Source: an uncultured bacterium (GTDB lineage: Bacteria; Oederibacteriota; PGYV01; CAWJRG01). Taken from it: a stretch of DNA of 64,000 nt. A program made the translations under genes and the position numbers. Under the pieces are notes generated by a model. That model was given only the letters and a program-made list of their open reading frames with translations. It was not told where the DNA came from and made no database searches. The stretch covers positions 128,001 to 192,000 of the forward strand of contig CAWJRG010000005.1 of assembly GCA_963845185.1 (NCBI GenBank). The letters are read 5' to 3'. The stretch's first letter is position 1. Every line of letters starts with the position of its first letter. This document shows positions 9,952 through 18,757 of the stretch, piece by piece.

Positions 9952-11379
9952 TTATCCTTTAACTACTGCCAGTGGTTTTAACCTGGCTACTCTTCGGGCA
10001 AGGCCCGCCGCCTCGACAATATTTGTTATATCTTCAACGTCTTTATAGGCAAAAGGCGCTTCCTCGGACAAAAGCTTTTTACTCCTTACCTTGACTGTAA
10101 TTCCCTGTTTTGATAATTCGTCAAGTATATCCCTGCCTTTTCCCTGTTTTAAAGCTGCGTGCCTGCTGAGCAGCCTTCCTGCTCCGTGGGCGCAAGAATA
10201 AAAAGTATCTTTTGCCTCTTTATCCCCTATCAATATGAACGACGCCCTGCCCATGTCTCCCGGCACCAAAACTGGCTGGCCAGTTTCTTTTATATCTTTG
10301 CCGAGCATTTTATGGCCCTGGGGCAAAGCCCTTGTGGCGCCTTTCCTGTGCACGCACAGCAATTTTATATTCCCGTCAATTTCATGCTCTTCCATCTTCG
10401 CGATATTGTGGGACACGTCGTAAATAAGCTTCATTCCCAATTTCCGGGCGGTTGATTTAAATACCTGCTCAAAAGCGCCTCGTATTTTATCCGTTATTAC
10501 CTCCCTGTTTGCCCATGCAAAATTTGCCGCCCCGCTCATGGCGTTAAAATAACCTCTGCCTTCGCTTGATTTTAACGGCGCGCATACAAGCTGAGGGTCC
10601 TTTATCGCAATACTGTATTTATTAACTGCATTCCTGAACTCGTGCAAATAATCATCGCACACCTGGTATCCCAGCCCGCGCGAGCCTGTATGGAACATTA
10701 TGACCACAGAATCCCTGTATATCCCGAATTTTTGCGCAATTTCAGGCATAAATATTTTATCAACTTTCTGCACTTCAAGAAAATGATTCCCCGCGCCTAA
10801 AGTACCCAGCTGGTCCTGCCCCCTTTCGTAAGCTCGTTCTGAAATTTCATCAGCCCCGCCGTGAAATTTCAATTGCCCCCTGTCTTCTGTCCTGTCCAAG
10901 TCCTCGGGCCAGCCGATTCCGTTCTCAAGCGGCCATTCAGCGCCGCGCTCCAGGACCTTCTTTACCTCGTTTTTTTTAAGTATTATTTCACCGCTTGAAC
11001 CCACTCCTGAAGGCACTGCCTTGAATAAAGCCACGGCAATATCGTCAATCTTATCCCTTATATCATCATATATTATATTGGTGCTTATCATCCTGACCCC
11101 GCAGTTAATGTCGTAGCCCACTCCGCCCGGAGAGATAATCCCGTCTTCATTGTCAAAAGCGGCGACACCGCCTATGGGAAAACCGTATCCCCAGTGTATA
11201 TCCGGCATTGCAAGCGAGTATTTTTGAATGCCGGGCAAAGACGCGACATTCTTTACCTGATTAAGCGGCTCTTCCCCCGTGTCTTTCAGTATTTTTTCAT
11301 TCGCGTAAATTATGCCCGGCACGTTCATGCCGCTTTCCTGTTCTATCAAATACTTAAAATCCGATAGTCTTTTCAGCAT
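9952..11379 (-). CDS. rtcB: RNA repair/splicing ligase RtcB
   Basis: MPDIHWGYGFPIG, GYDINCG, GTLGAGNHF, HTGSRG, HRKGAT, HGAGR. Start moved to ATG 11379 because the track's longer start runs through the tRNA. Confidence 0.96.
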   Translation of the reverse strand: MLKRLSDFKYLIEQESGMNVPGIIYANEKILKDTGEEPLNQVKNVASLPGIQKYSLAMPDIHWGYGFPIGGVAAFDNEDGIISPGGVGYDINCGVRMISTNIIYDDIRDKIDDIAVALFKAVPSGVGSSGEIILKKNEVKKVLERGAEWPLENGIGWPEDLDRTEDRGQLKFHGGADEISERAYERGQDQLGTLGAGNHFLEVQKVDKIFMPEIAQKFGIYRDSVVIMFHTGSRGLGYQVCDDYLHEFRNAVNKYSIAIKDPQLVCAPLKSSEGRGYFNAMSGAANFAWANREVITDKIRGAFEQVFKSTARKLGMKLIYDVSHNIAKMEEHEIDGNIKLLCVHRKGATRALPQGHKMLGKDIKETGQPVLVPGDMGRASFILIGDKEAKDTFYSCAHGAGRLLSRHAALKQGKGRDILDELSKQGITVKVRSKKLLSEEAPFAYKDVEDITNIVEAAGLARRVARLKPLAVVKG

Positions 11380-11396
11380 ATTTTCCCCTAAAAAAA

Positions 11397-11471
11397 TGGC
11401 GTCCCCAGGGAGAATTGAACTCCCGATACCGCCTTGAAAGGGCGATGTCTTAACCACTTGACCATGGGGAC
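11397..11471 (-). tRNA. tRNA-Glu (anticodon UUC)
   Basis: GTCCCCA...TGGGGAC-G-CCA acceptor stem, D-loop AAGTGGTTAA, anticodon loop CT-TTC-AA, T-loop GTTCAA; CCA is encoded. Confidence 0.96.
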
Positions 11472-11513
11472 GCATATGAATCTTAAACCTGATGAAACCG
11501 CTGTCAGTAAATA

Positions 11514-13010
11514 TTATACAACTTTATTTGCTTTTTGCAGCGCTATATTATAAATTTCCTCGTATTTTTCAGCCGATATTTCCCACGAAAAATTTTCCTT
11601 CATTCCGTTTAACTGCAGCCGTCTCCAAACAGTCTTGTTTTTATAAGTGTCCACGGCAATCCTTATTGCCTGCAGGAGCTGAAATGCGTTGTTCCCGGAA
11701 AACACAAAACCGTTGCCGTGCTTGGTCTTGAAATTAAACTGTTTCACTGTATCTGCCAGTCCCCCTGTTTCCCTTACTACCGGCACGGTGCCGTATTTCA
11801 GGCTTATGAGCTGGCCAAGGCCGCATGGCTCAAAGTGCGAAGGCATCAGGAACATGTCTGAAGCCCCGTATATATTATGCGCAAGCTTGTTATTAAATTC
11901 CGTCTTGACTATCAACTTCTCCGGGTATTTCCGTTTCAGGCTGTTAAACATATCTTCATACTTTTTCTCGCCCGTTCCGAGCACGATGAACTGCAGGTTC
12001 ATTTTCATCATCTCATCAATTATCGCCGCTATAAAATCAAGCCCTTTCTGGGTGTCAAGCCTTGATACAAGCCCTATCAAAGGGACATTTTCATAATAAC
12101 TCAGCCCGTTTGCCTCTATAATGGCTTTTTTTACTTCTGCCTTTTTATCCACAGTGTCAATATCGTAATTTACAGGCAAAAGCTTGTCAACGGCAGGGTT
12201 CCATATGGAGTAATCAATACCGTTTGTTATGCCGAAAATTTCATCTTTTCTCGTGTGCAGTACGCCGTCAAGCCCGAAACCGAATTCAGGAGTCTGGATT
12301 TCTTCCTTATACCGGTTGCTTACTGTATTTATAACATCGGAAAAAATTATTCCGCCTTTCATGAAACTCATTTTTCCGTAAAACTCCAGTCCTCCGATAT
12401 TAAACAGGCTCATGGGCAGCCCGGCATTGCTTATCTTTTCCGGGGCAAACGCGCCCTGATATTCGAGGTTGTGTATCGAATAAACCGTGGCTATGCCGCC
12501 GTACACATTTTTATCCCAAGCATAAATGGTTTTCAGGTAAACCGGCACCAGGCCTGTGTGCCAGTCATTGCAGTTGATAATGTCCGGCTTAAAGTCGATT
12601 ACCTTGAGCATTTCCACAATCGCCCTGGAAAAAAACATGAACCGCTCCGCATTGTCCCAGTAATCGCCGTGCTCCTTTGTCCTGTAAAGTTCGTCCCTGT
12701 TGAAAAATTCCGGGTTATCTATAAAGTACACAGGCACGTCGGTGTCGGGCAAAACGGATTCCATTATTTTTGCCTTATGATTAAAAAGGGCAATATCAAT
12801 GTTCACTTCTTTTCCGGTATCTTTTATCTTATAGGCCGAGTCGCTGATTTTCTTGTATTTCGGCAAAACAATCCTGACGTCATGCCCTGCATTGCGCAGC
12901 TCTTTCGGCAGCGCTCCTGCCACGTCTGCTAAACCGCCGGTTTTGGCAAAAGGCACGCATTCAGACGCGGCAATAAGAATTTTCAGCTTTTTTTGCTTAG
13001 GTTTTATCAA
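11514..13010 (-). CDS. glgA: Glycogen synthase (GT5)
   Basis: PFAKTGGLADV, NDWHT, SRLDTQKG, MPSHFEPCGLGQ; TTG start with AGGAG RBS. Confidence 0.96.
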   Translation of the reverse strand: MIKPKQKKLKILIAASECVPFAKTGGLADVAGALPKELRNAGHDVRIVLPKYKKISDSAYKIKDTGKEVNIDIALFNHKAKIMESVLPDTDVPVYFIDNPEFFNRDELYRTKEHGDYWDNAERFMFFSRAIVEMLKVIDFKPDIINCNDWHTGLVPVYLKTIYAWDKNVYGGIATVYSIHNLEYQGAFAPEKISNAGLPMSLFNIGGLEFYGKMSFMKGGIIFSDVINTVSNRYKEEIQTPEFGFGLDGVLHTRKDEIFGITNGIDYSIWNPAVDKLLPVNYDIDTVDKKAEVKKAIIEANGLSYYENVPLIGLVSRLDTQKGLDFIAAIIDEMMKMNLQFIVLGTGEKKYEDMFNSLKRKYPEKLIVKTEFNNKLAHNIYGASDMFLMPSHFEPCGLGQLISLKYGTVPVVRETGGLADTVKQFNFKTKHGNGFVFSGNNAFQLLQAIRIAVDTYKNKTVWRRLQLNGMKENFSWEISAEKYEEIYNIALQKANKVV

Positions 13011-13157
13011 GTTTTCTCCTGAACACGGAAATAAAGAATGCTTAAAAAATATCAGATAGAGGGTGTAAAGTCAAGGAGTTTTTAAATCCAGATTTGGAAA
13101 GTTCTATTTGCATTTTTCACTTACCCCATCCCCTGTCACTTAACCCTTACCACTTGA

Positions 13158-13985
13158 CTAGTAGTATCTCCTTACCATTTTCTTTATGGCGTCAACGGCA
13201 ATAGGCACAAATATATCCTCATTATCCGCCTTGTCTTTCTTTTCGCCCTTTATGAATTCCTGGCCTTCATATTCCAGTGCCAGGAACCCCCTGTAATTGT
13301 TCCTGCTCAGTATCTTGAAAATTTTATCCATGTCAAACTGCGCTATTTTGCCTGATTTTGATATTGTGTGCACTTTGACATGGCAGGATGCGGCGTATTC
13401 AACTGTCCGCTCTATGGCCGCGTACATATCCTTATCCTGGTAATTGCCTGTATCAATGTTTAACTTCACGTAAGGCGAGTTGACGTCTTTAAGCATCCTT
13501 AAGGTCGTGCCCGAATCAGGCAAAAAACCGCCGTTGTTGTGCGGTTCCACAGCCAGCGTAATCCCCTTTTTTGAAGCGTAATTGGCAGCTTCCTTCATTG
13601 ACTCTATCATTTTTCCCCACAGCGCTTCCTTCTTATCCTGCGGCGGCCAGCCGGCAAATACCCTCACTATATTTGTCCCGAGTATTTCTGCCGTATCTAC
13701 TGATTTTTTTACATAGTCCAGCTGTTTGCGCCTGTCGCTGTCTTTCTCCGCGCCAAAGTTGTTTCCCGGAGAAACTGCGGATATTATAAGTCCTTTGTCT
13801 GTGGCGTATTTCTTCAGTTTCAGCAAATGCTCTTTTTTGCTGCTTTTCAGGTGTTCCACTATGAATTCAATGGCGCCGATTTTTAGTTTATTGCTGTAAA
13901 TATCAATTAAAGCCATGTCGTCGTATTTCCCGAGTTCCACGGAAAAATGATAAGACCATGTTATAGCGCTGATTTTGTAGGACAT
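13158..13985 (-). CDS. Sugar phosphate isomerase/epimerase (xylose isomerase-like TIM barrel)
   Basis: LAVEPH, NIDTGN, HVK and LEYEG metal-ligand pattern. Confidence 0.85.
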   Translation of the reverse strand: MSYKISAITWSYHFSVELGKYDDMALIDIYSNKLKIGAIEFIVEHLKSSKKEHLLKLKKYATDKGLIISAVSPGNNFGAEKDSDRRKQLDYVKKSVDTAEILGTNIVRVFAGWPPQDKKEALWGKMIESMKEAANYASKKGITLAVEPHNNGGFLPDSGTTLRMLKDVNSPYVKLNIDTGNYQDKDMYAAIERTVEYAASCHVKVHTISKSGKIAQFDMDKIFKILSRNNYRGFLALEYEGQEFIKGEKKDKADNEDIFVPIAVDAIKKMVRRYY

Positions 13986-14019
13986 CTTTGTTCTCCCGTT
14001 TAAAATGTTGTATGTGCCA

Positions 14020-14096
14020 AAACCCCCTATTATCCCCCTTTATTAAAGGGGGATGTAAATCGTTCCCCCTTAACAAGGGGGAATCGAAGAGGGTTT
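14020..14096. repeat. Palindromic CCCCCTT-N-AAGGGGG element (REP/MITE-like)
   Basis: Two TCCCCCTT...AAGGGGGA hairpins inside an outer AAACCC/GGGTTT pair; an inverted partial copy is at 17204-17238. Confidence 0.7.
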
Positions 14097-14163
14097 GCCC
14101 ATCCTATGACATTGCTTGCGTTGCTAAACATTAAATAGGTTTAACAAAAAATATTACTATTAT

Positions 14164-15183
14164 TTACACCCTTACTTTAACGAACTTTTTCGTCCTTTCC
14201 GATTCCAGAGCCGCCAATATTACAGCCATTGACTTCATTCCCTCAACGCCGTCAATCAAAGGCTTTTTCTTATTTATAACGCATGATAAAAAGTATTCAC
14301 ACGGGCTTGTATGCCTGCTTTTTTTCGGTATTGCAGGCTTAATTATTTTCGGTTTCGCGTACGGATTCCCGGGGTTTGAAACGCTTATTATCACCCTGTC
14401 TTTTGCCTGCTGGACCATTGCCTTGCCCTTTGTGCCGTATAAAAACACAACAACTTCATAAGGCTTCGTAGTCCACGAGGCCTCAAATACGCCCAGCGTT
14501 TTGTCTTTAAATTTAATTGTAGCCACTATATTGTCTTCCACAGGCACTTTCTTGTCGAGTATGCCTGTCTGGCCGGAAACTTCAATTATGTCCTTGCCTG
14601 TCACAAACCTGATAAGGTCGAGTATATGTATTCCGACATCCACTGACACGCCGCCGCCGGATTTTTGTTTCTGGAAAAACCACGGCGAGTCAGTGCTCCA
14701 GTATTCCGGCCCCGCGTGGCCCAGTTTTCCCCTGACGTTTAATATTTTTCCTATCGTGCCTCTGTCTATGTAATCCTTTAAAACTTCATGTGCAGGGTCG
14801 AACCTGTGGGATTGCTCGACCATAAGCGTTACTTTGTTATTCCTGCATGCCTTTATCATTGCCTTCATGTCCTTTACCGATATGGACATCGGCTTTTCAA
14901 CCAGCACGTGCTTTTTGTTTTTGGCCGCGTATATGGTCATGGGTGCGTGCAGATAATTCGGCGTGCATACCGAAACAGCGTCAATGCCAGCCTCTTTTAT
15001 CATTTTTTTATAATCGGTATATACTTTCGGTACCTTGAACATTCCTGCAAGCCTTGTTGCTTTTTTCTTTATTATGTCGCATATTGCCACAACTTCAGCT
15101 TTGTTTGAAGCCGTATATTGAGGCAGGTGCGTCCTTTCCGCTATTTTACCTGCGCCTATTATTCCTATGCGTACTTTTTTCAT
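14164..15183 (-). CDS. Gfo/Idh/MocA family NAD(P)-dependent oxidoreductase
   Basis: IGIIGAG, CTPNYLH, HVLVEKPM, GGGVSVDVGIH. Confidence 0.92.
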   Translation of the reverse strand: MKKVRIGIIGAGKIAERTHLPQYTASNKAEVVAICDIIKKKATRLAGMFKVPKVYTDYKKMIKEAGIDAVSVCTPNYLHAPMTIYAAKNKKHVLVEKPMSISVKDMKAMIKACRNNKVTLMVEQSHRFDPAHEVLKDYIDRGTIGKILNVRGKLGHAGPEYWSTDSPWFFQKQKSGGGVSVDVGIHILDLIRFVTGKDIIEVSGQTGILDKKVPVEDNIVATIKFKDKTLGVFEASWTTKPYEVVVFLYGTKGKAMVQQAKDRVIISVSNPGNPYAKPKIIKPAIPKKSRHTSPCEYFLSCVINKKKPLIDGVEGMKSMAVILAALESERTKKFVKVRV

Positions 15184-15380
15184 TTAATTCCTCCTTGATA
15201 TCGTTTGTTTTGCCAAGCCGTCAACAGGCGCAGGCAAAACATTACGAGATCAAGCACCCGTTCCAGTGCTGGTCTTATCAGCACAAGCGGTGCCATGATA
15301 TTTTGATCTTTTATAACAGTCAGCAAACCGTTTGAAACTATTCTACTTCTTGTCAGGGAGTATTCGGGATTCTAAAAAAA

Positions 15381-15408
15381 CAGGGGCAGGAAATAAATCC
15401 CGCCCCTG
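15381..15408 (-). terminator. Intrinsic terminator
   Basis: CAGGGGC...GCCCCTG hairpin followed by a T-tract on the minus strand. Confidence 0.7.
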
Positions 15409-15421
15409 TATAATTCAAAAA

Positions 15422-16123
15422 TTATTGGACAACAATATTATCAACGAAAATAACATCACTATTGCCCGATGTAGGAAGGGCAGGCCCTCCGTTTTGCAGT
15501 AATTCAAATCCATACGCTTGCACCGTGGCAGCGTCTGTATATGCTGCACCTGACGCCGGTATAGCATACGTAAAAGTGTTCCATTTAAATCCAATGGCTG
15601 TACTCAGTAATACCGGATTGCTGTAATATGTGGTAGGACCGGTTCCACCTGTAAAATAAATTTCAAACTCATAACCCGTTGCTGTCGCCGTCAAAGAAGC
15701 CGGTATCCACACAGGCACGCTAATTGACTTGCCTTGAAAATTCGGCAGGGGCGTGACCGTCTCGCTTTTTGCGAAAGAGCATATTGCGCTTCCTCCGGCA
15801 TTACTGAAGCTAAATGGTAATTCGACCATTAATATGCCCACCGGTACTATAAGGTGACTGCCATCGACATTGTTCTGTGCATTCACAATATTTCCGCCAT
15901 TATCGAAGCCTCCACCATTCCAGCCTGAAGTGACACTCCACCCGCCCATTGTGTTGTCTTCAAAACCAGTTACCTCTAATGGCACGGGCGTGTTTGTGGG
16001 AGTTAATGAAGGAATTACCGTGGCAGTCGCTGCTGTAGGTGACTTGGCCTTAGTGCATGACACCAGGGATAACAAATTTAAAGCCGTGATAACGCAAATT
16101 GCAATTACTAAAAATTTTTTCAT
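15422..16123 (-). CDS. Lipoprotein with probable carbohydrate-binding beta-sandwich
   Basis: Lipobox LVSC, Thr/Pro tether, GFED..., KSISVPVWIP, WNTF, IFVDNI: a galactose-binding-domain-like pattern. Confidence 0.65.
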   Translation of the reverse strand: MKKFLVIAICVITALNLLSLVSCTKAKSPTAATATVIPSLTPTNTPVPLEVTGFEDNTMGGWSVTSGWNGGGFDNGGNIVNAQNNVDGSHLIVPVGILMVELPFSFSNAGGSAICSFAKSETVTPLPNFQGKSISVPVWIPASLTATATGYEFEIYFTGGTGPTTYYSNPVLLSTAIGFKWNTFTYAIPASGAAYTDAATVQAYGFELLQNGGPALPTSGNSDVIFVDNIVVQ

Positions 16124-16172
16124 GCTTTTCGCCTCCTTTTTCCTTTATTTTTGAATTTTTTCTTACCTATAA

Positions 16173-16201
16173 ATAATATCAACGAAACCGTTTTTAGTCA
16201 A
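16173..16201 (-). promoter_or_regulatory. Promoter TTGACT-N17-TATTAT with LacI-like operator in the spacer
   Basis: Spacer contains CGAAACCGTTTTTA; near-identical arrangement at 17069-17097. Confidence 0.6.
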
Positions 16202-16235
16202 GATGAAAAAATCTGGATTCATGTGTTGTTTTATC

Positions 16236-16264
16236 GTAAAGACGACCCGTTGGATCGTCTCTAC
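16236..16264. repeat. GTAG-type REP palindrome
   Basis: GTAAAGACGACCCGTTGGATCGTCTCTAC; relative at 18716-18744. Confidence 0.75.
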
Positions 16265-16294
16265 ATTTTAAAATGATTTAATTATTATACAAAT

Positions 16295-16328
16295 AAAAAA
16301 GGGGCGGTTGTTACACCGTCCCTTTTTT
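16295..16328 (-). terminator. Intrinsic terminator (bidirectional-looking)
   Basis: AAAAAAGGGGCGGT...ACCGTCCCTTTTTT. Confidence 0.7.
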
Positions 16329-16344
16329 GTTGAGCTTAAAACAA

Positions 16345-16986
16345 TTACCAGTTTATGTTGTCAAATAAAATTGTTACTCCTGAAATATCTGGCGAACCAG
16401 CTCCTTCTCCTACCTGGATACCTATCTGTTTGATTGCGGTAATATTTGCACTTCCTCCGCAACCACCTGTTGTAACAGCCATGCTATATTGCTGCCACCC
16501 AGCTGCTGTTATATTGTTCCAGCAGTAATTACCTGCGTACGTAGTGTCTTGAACAAAAATTTGAACTCCATAAGGATTCGTTGTGTTTACCAGTGATGCC
16601 GGACAATTTATCCACACCGATATGGTTTTTCCTGTAAAATCCGTTCCTGCAGTAAGAACATCCTGGATCAGGCCGTTCGCGTTTCCAGCGGCAGCAAAAG
16701 TACCGGTAACCTGCAAGCAACCAGTGCCTCCAGAAGCATCCACAGATGTGTTATTCCAAACTTCACCGGAAAAACCACCTGTAGCAGGCCACGAAGTTAA
16801 GTCAGCTGCTGTCGTGAAACAAAACAGCGAATTACACACAATTGTCGTTGCTGTAGCTGTTGGAGCCACTACAACTGCCGTGTTTGTCGCTGACGGTCCC
16901 GTAGCGCTCTTTTTCTTGCTGCATGCCACCGATAATAAAGATAGAGCTAAAATAATACAAAGTATTGAAATTAAAGTTTTTTTCAT
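16345..16986 (-). CDS. Lipoprotein with probable carbohydrate-binding beta-sandwich, paralogue of 15422-16123
   Basis: Lipobox SVAC, Thr/Ala tether, DFTGKTISVWI, GWQQY, ILFDNINW; ATG 16986 with GGAGGT RBS. Confidence 0.68.
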   Translation of the reverse strand: MKKTLISILCIILALSLLSVACSKKKSATGPSATNTAVVVAPTATATTIVCNSLFCFTTAADLTSWPATGGFSGEVWNNTSVDASGGTGCLQVTGTFAAAGNANGLIQDVLTAGTDFTGKTISVWINCPASLVNTTNPYGVQIFVQDTTYAGNYCWNNITAAGWQQYSMAVTTGGCGGSANITAIKQIGIQVGEGAGSPDISGVTILFDNINW

Positions 16987-17068
16987 TGTTTCACCTCCTT
17001 CCCGTATTGGATTTTTAAATTTCAAATTTGAAAAAGCTTATAGTTGTTTTTAATTTTAAAGCATTACA

Positions 17069-17097
17069 ATAATATCAGTGAAACCGTATTTAGTCAA
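17069..17097 (-). promoter_or_regulatory. Promoter TTGACT-N17-TATTAT with LacI-like operator
   Basis: Spacer contains TGAAACCGTATTTA. Confidence 0.6.
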
Positions 17098-17203
17098 GAC
17101 AAAAAATTTATACACAGGGGGAAGTTAAACCCCATCTGGTTTGGGTAGAAAAGGCTTTGAAGTATCATTATGACTTCTACCCGTTAATGGGAAGAATTTT
17201 AAA

Positions 17204-17238
17204 TTCCCCTTTAATAAAAGGGGATGATAGGAGGTTTT
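17204..17238. repeat. Inverted partial copy of the 14020-14096 element
   Basis: Its reverse complement AAAACCTCCTATCATCCCCTTTTATTAAAGGGGAA matches the left half of the 14020 element. Confidence 0.65.
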
Positions 17239-17255
17239 TATGGTAGCTAATAGAG

Positions 17256-18549
17256 CTACAGATAATACACTGGCGCAAATAAAATTGTTGTTTTACCCCG
17301 TTTTTCAATGCCCCAATAATTTTTCGTTAAGATAACCCCTCTTTCTGGGTTGAATGCCTCTATATAATTACCAAAACTTCTTGTTATATCATGGTGCGAA
17401 AATGGAGAAAACTTGACTTCCACCGGTACTTCTTTGCCTTTGATTTTAATAAGAAAATCAACCTCAGAACCGGCTTTTGTCCTCCAAAAATTTACAGGGT
17501 TTAATCCTCCCGAAAGTTCTTTAAGCCTTATTAAAACCGTATTTTCCGCCAGTGCCCCGGCATCGGTTCTCTTGTCCGGCAGCCGCATATCTTCTATTAA
17601 CGAATTCCTGAAGCCGTTATCAGTGAAATATATTTTGGGATTCTTGGAAAGTTCCTTCATTTTATTGACAAAAAACGGTTTTACCTCCTGGATAACGAAG
17701 GTTTCTTCGAGTATATTGAGATTTTTCTTGAGATTGCGGTAATTCAACCCTGACAAAGCCGCAATATTATTGTAGTTGATGATACCGCTCGACTGGGCTG
17801 CCAGGCGCACGGCAAGCGACAAAATTTCGTCCTCTGTAACCATTTCCAGGAAGCCTTTTATGTCTTTTAAGATATAATTTGTTTGGATGTCGGCCAGTAT
17901 TTTTTCTCTGGCCCGGGCCGGCCAGCGTGACAGCCGGGTACCCTCCCCATACCGCATAATCATTAAAATGTTTTATCATATCGTCAAAATAAGCGTCATT
18001 GCCGCCGGCAAATCCCGTTGCTTTACCGTCAAAAATAAAGCCGCGTATATCCCCTGATTTTTTTGAATATATTTTTTCCATTCGAATGTCTTTAGCCCTC
18101 AGGTATTCTCCAAAACTAAAAGGATAAAGATAGAATGTAAGTATCCTGCCGACCATGTACTTCCCTATCTGTGCCCTTATATCAAGCGATGACGACCCCG
18201 TGATAAATATTTTTACGTTTTGAACTGTATCGTAAACAAGTTTTAATTTTTGTCCGCCGTCTTTTGCGTATTGGAATTCGTCTATAAGGAAATAAGTCCT
18301 GCTGTTATCCCCGAGCATAAAAGATGAGATAAAACCAGCCGGGTCAAAAGTAAATTGTTTTAATAATTTCCTGTCTTCAAAAGTTATGTTTACAATATTT
18401 TTCCTGTTTATTCCCTGTCCGGAAATAAGATACTCGGTCAGGAGCTTAAAAAGCACGGTCTTCCCTGCCTGTCTCGGTCCTACAACGGCAATATATTCAT
18501 TCCTGTCCAAAAAACCTTTTATTTGTTCCAAAATATCTCTTTTTATCAT
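17256..18549 (-). pseudogene. AAA+ ATPase with DUF4143 domain, split by a frameshift near 17915 (pseudogene or sequencing error)
   Basis: 5' part has GPRQAGKT, IDEFQ, TGSSS, GGYP; 3' part has NPKIYFTDNG, ENTV, FWRT...EVDF, PVEVK. The two parts are in different frames. Confidence 0.8.
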
Positions 18550-18715
18550 GTAATTTTAACCTCACTATTATTGCAAATGCTGCAATAATAGTGATACCAA
18601 AAATGCATCAAATTGTCAAGAAAAAATCATTAACATGATGGATATATTAGGACCATAGATAGGATTCCAAACTCCTCTGCCTCCCGGATTGTAATTTGTT
18701 ATTTAATATTTTATC

Positions 18716-18744
18716 GTAGAGACGACCCGCCGGGTCGTCTCTAC
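18716..18744. repeat. GTAG-type REP palindrome
   Basis: GTAGAGACGACCCG-C-CGGGTCGTCTCTAC, a perfect inverted repeat. Confidence 0.8.
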
Positions 18745-18757
18745 ATTCAGCATTGAT

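Noticed and set aside
11397..11471. tRNA as an integration site of an island
   Set aside because: No integrase and no duplicated tRNA 3' end seen in the window.
11380..11475. N-terminal extension of RtcB in the ORF track
   Set aside because: It overlaps the tRNA-Glu gene; ATG 11379 with a GGGGA RBS is the better start.
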